Positions 61,152-64,000 of a stretch of 64,000 bases of DNA are shown piece by piece. Both the position numbers and the translations under genes were made by a program. The DNA is from Polyangiaceae bacterium (lineage in GTDB: Bacteria; Myxococcota_A; Polyangia; Polyangiales; Polyangiaceae). The stretch spans positions 32,001 to 96,000 of the forward strand of contig JANRKO010000020.1 of NCBI GenBank assembly GCA_033763455.1. The letters are read 5' to 3'. The notes beneath the pieces were generated by a model. That model ran no database searches. It was not told where the DNA came from and was given only the letters and a program-made list of their open reading frames with translations. Each line of letters opens with the position of its first letter. Within the stretch, counting starts at the first letter, position 1.

Positions 61152-61829
61152 TCAGCCTTCCTTCTTCTTCTTTCGCTCGAAGACTTCGTCGATCAGGCCG
61201 TACTCCTTGGCCTGAACGGGGCCCATGTAGAAATCTCGCTCAATATCCTTAGCGATCTCATCGCGCTTACGCCCAGTAGCGTTTACGAGGATGTCCGTGA
61301 TGACGTCCTTGGCGTGGCGAATCTCGCGAGCCTGGATTTCTATATCCGTAGCTTGACCGCGAGCGCCACCGAGAGGCTGATGGATCATGATGCGGGAGTG
61401 TGGGAGTGCGAACCGCCGACCCTTCTCGCCAGCACACAAGAGCAAGGCGCCCATGCTCGCCGCCTGGCCGATGCAGATAGTGCTGACCGGGCAGCGGACA
61501 TATTGCATGGTATCAAAAATCGCCAACCCTGCAGTCACGACGCCCCCGGGGGAGTTCACGTAAAGCTGGATGTCTTTGTCCGGATCCTCACTCTCGAGGA
61601 ACAAGAACTGCGCGATGATGATGTTTGCGACGTCGTCGTCCACACCGCTGCCGAGAAACACGATGCGGTCCTTCAGCAATCGGCTAAAAATGTCCCAGGT
61701 CCGCTCTCCGCGATGGGTCGTTTCAACGACGTGCGGGTAGATGACACCGGATGTGGCGGCCCTGATCTCGTCAGCGCGGCTTTCAAGTAGCAGAAGAGCG
61801 TCTTTGGGCGTTTCTGGTCGCTTCGACAT
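61152..61829 (-). CDS. clpP: Clp protease proteolytic subunit
   Basis: [28 protein letters not shown]. Confidence 0.98.
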   Translation of the reverse strand: MSKRPETPKDALLLLESRADEIRAATSGVIYPHVVETTHRGERTWDIFSRLLKDRIVFLGSGVDDDVANIIIAQFLFLESEDPDKDIQLYVNSPGGVVTAGLAIFDTMQYVRCPVSTICIGQAASMGALLLCAGEKGRRFALPHSRIMIHQPLGGARGQATDIEIQAREIRHAKDVITDILVNATGRKRDEIAKDIERDFYMGPVQAKEYGLIDEVFERKKKKEG

Positions 61830-61883
61830 GTTCCCTCGGTGGATATTCTGATCGGCTATAGATCCGGGCGCTCAGCCCAAGTT

Positions 61884-63158
61884 CTATGCATCGACTATGT
61901 TGGCCTTACTCTCGATGATGTCGAGTACCTTATTCTCAAGAATCATCCCAAGCAGCATTTCTCGCTTTCGAGGGTCCCGATACTCGACACGAAGCTTGGC
62001 TAGATTCTTCCCCGTCTGGGTTGCCAGCTCCGTGAGCCCTTCCTCAAATTCTGCGTCGCCAATCTTAATATTCTCTTTTTTGGCGATTTCAGCCATCAAG
62101 AGGCCTGCGCGAACCTTCATCTCGCTGTCCGCCAAAATTTGGGCACGAAGGTCGGGGCCTACACGACCGGCCTGTTGACCTTCGCTTCTAGCGCGGTTCA
62201 GAATCTCTTGCTCGGTGAGCTGCGATTGGCGCTCCACCAACGAGGGCGGCACCGGAACAGCGTTGGCCTGGGCCAAGGCCTGCACCAGTTGCTCAGCAAC
62301 AGAGGTGTCAGATTGCTCTTTAAGTTGCGCTTCAAGCCTTTCCCTGAGGCTCTTTTTTAGATCCGAAAGTGTCGAGAACTCGCCGACATCTTTGGCGAAT
62401 TCGTCGTCGGCTTCGGGCAGAACTCGTTCCTTGAGGTCCTTTACCGTCACCTTGAAGGTAGCCGTCTTGCCTCGCAGCTTCGGGTGGGGGTGCTGGGCCG
62501 GCAGAGCGACGTCGATATCAGCCGTGCCCCCAACCGCTTTGCCCAACAGGCCCTCCTCGATGGCTGCGATGAGCTGGCCGGCACCTAGCTCCACCTGGAA
62601 ATCCTGAGCGCCCGCGTCACTGACTTCTCGGCCGCCTACCGTGACCACGAAATCAATCGTCACAATATCGCCGAGCTTGGCCGGTCGAGCCTCTTTAACG
62701 GACTCTAGCGTCGAATGCTCCCGGCGCAGTCTGTCGAGCGCGGTATCGACGGCGCTGTCGTCAACCTTTGCGGCAGGACGCTTGGCCTCCAGGCCTTCGT
62801 ACTTCACGTCCGCTATCTGAGGGATTACCTCGAACCGTGCCTTGTAGAGAAACGGCTTGTCTTTAAGAAGCTTCTGCGGCTCAAAAGCCGGCGTCGTGAT
62901 GGGCTGAATATTTTTCTCGGATACTGCGCGAGAAAACGTTTCGTCGACGAGACGCTGCGCTACATCAGCAGCCACCCTCGCACCAAAGACCTGGTTGATA
63001 ATCGCCCGAGGCGCCTTACCAGGCCTAAAGCCTTTCACTTTTGCGGACTTAGAGAGCAAACCGTAAGCTTTTTCAAGCTCCGTGGCGACACGATCGGCAG
63101 CTATTTCTATGTCGAATTCAACGAGAACGGGACTGAGTTGGTTGACCTGAACCTGCAT
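61884..63158 (-). CDS. tig: Trigger factor
   Basis: GFRPGKAP ribosome-binding motif, FKBP-like middle domain, DDEFAKD; position upstream of clpP. Confidence 0.96.
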   Translation of the reverse strand: MQVQVNQLSPVLVEFDIEIAADRVATELEKAYGLLSKSAKVKGFRPGKAPRAIINQVFGARVAADVAQRLVDETFSRAVSEKNIQPITTPAFEPQKLLKDKPFLYKARFEVIPQIADVKYEGLEAKRPAAKVDDSAVDTALDRLRREHSTLESVKEARPAKLGDIVTIDFVVTVGGREVSDAGAQDFQVELGAGQLIAAIEEGLLGKAVGGTADIDVALPAQHPHPKLRGKTATFKVTVKDLKERVLPEADDEFAKDVGEFSTLSDLKKSLRERLEAQLKEQSDTSVAEQLVQALAQANAVPVPPSLVERQSQLTEQEILNRARSEGQQAGRVGPDLRAQILADSEMKVRAGLLMAEIAKKENIKIGDAEFEEGLTELATQTGKNLAKLRVEYRDPRKREMLLGMILENKVLDIIESKANIVDA

Positions 63159-63218
63159 TGGAGCGAGGGGCTCCAGTGCCACGCTCATTCAAGTTGGTCA
63201 AGTACAGTGGTGTGCCAC

Positions 63219-63260
63219 AAAAAAATTGACCCCCGCGAAGGAGGCAGCCTCCGGGGGGTC
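63219..63260 (-). terminator. Intrinsic terminator-like hairpin
   Basis: Minus strand: GACCCCC..GGAGGCTGCCTCC..GGGGGTC followed by AATTTTTT. Confidence 0.55.
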
Positions 63261-63312
63261 GGCGGGGTCGGGTCCGGGAGTGGACCGAAATCATTACGCA
63301 GAGACTCGACGC

Positions 63313-63504
63313 CTACTCATCGTCCGAGTAATCGTCTTTGCCGTCTTGCTCGGCTTCCCAAAGTGACGCCTCAAAGGGATCCATATCGAAATCGTGGTCG
63401 CGATCCATCGGGTCGAGGTCCTCGACTGACCACCCCGCTCGAGTGCTGGGCCGCAACTGTTCACGTTCGAAATCTGCAAAGTTACCGTAGCTCAGGGATG
63501 CCAT
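63313..63504 (-). CDS. Small acidic hypothetical protein (63 aa)
   Basis: Strong GAGGAG RBS, downstream terminator, Asp/Glu-rich sequence. Confidence 0.6.
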   Translation of the reverse strand: MASLSYGNFADFEREQLRPSTRAGWSVEDLDPMDRDHDFDMDPFEASLWEAEQDGKDDYSDDE

Positions 63505-63666
63505 TTTCTTTTACTCCTCGGTGCATGAGTCGGAACGTTCCATCGGGCCGAAAGTTCGCGATTGACTACTTACACCTACATCTGCTCACACACTACGCCA
63601 CCACGCTGAACGAGCCAAGAAAACCGCCCGTTCCTCTCGCATTTCGATAAGACTCCTGGATTTCGA

Positions 63667-64000
63667 ATGGGCACCAAACGACAGATCATCGCAATCGCGA
63701 ACCAGAAAGGCGGCGTTGGAAAGACAACGACGGCCGTCAATCTCGCGGCGAGCCTGGCCGCGGCCGAGCGACGCACGTTGCTGGTCGATCTAGATCCGCA
63801 GTCGAATGCAACCAGCGGCGTGGGGATCCGGCCGGGCACGCTGGAGCGCAGCATCTACGATGCCTTGATCGGTGCGGCGACACTACGCGACGTGATCGTT
63901 CACACGCAAATCCCCACCCTCGACATCGCGCCTGCCACCCAAGATCTTACCGCTGTCGAATACGAACTGTTCGAAGAAGATCGCGGTACTCACCTGAGAG
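63667..64000 (+). CDS. parA: ParA/Soj-family ATPase (3'-truncated by window)
   Basis: Not in ORF track. Translates as MGTKRQIIAIANQKGGVGKTTTAVNLAA..LLVDLDPQSNATSG. Confidence 0.92.
   Translation, partial: MGTKRQIIAIANQKGGVGKTTTAVNLAASLAAAERRTLLVDLDPQSNATSGVGIRPGTLERSIYDALIGAATLRDVIVHTQIPTLDIAPATQDLTAVEYELFEEDRGTHLR

Overview
64-kb chromosomal window, probably from a Myxococcota (Polyangiaceae-like) bacterium. This is inferred from Myxococcus-type Cys-rich repeats and Gly/Ser-rich lipoproteins and is not confirmed. Block 1 (1-3.6 kb): an AraC gene end, a fibro-slime protein and a lipoprotein. Block 2 (3.6-43.2 kb) is a motility and sensing region. It holds two complete chemosensory systems: a minus-strand cheW-cheY-cheX/cheA-cheW-mcp-mcp-cheR-cheD-cheB set and a plus-strand cheA-cheW-mcp-cheY-cheB-cheR-cheX set. 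It also holds a lone short flagellin with a sigma54 promoter, divergent from an NtrC-family activator, plus several two-component genes and a GNAT + HDAC pair appended to the second che operon. The second system's receptor is a ~1350-aa soluble truncated-globin/GAF/3xPAS/2xGAF chemoreceptor. Block 3 (43.6-57 kb, between tRNA-Asp and tRNA-Val) has DedA, AraC, ald and a co-directional envelope cluster: ECF sigma/anti-sigma, GH5, lipoproteins, a beta-barrel, and an exported dikinase with glucan-water-dikinase-like domain order. Block 4 (57-64 kb) is core genome: lon, clpX, clpP, tig and a partial parA. No integrase, transposase or CRISPR array was seen. All domain calls come from manual motif recognition, not database searches.
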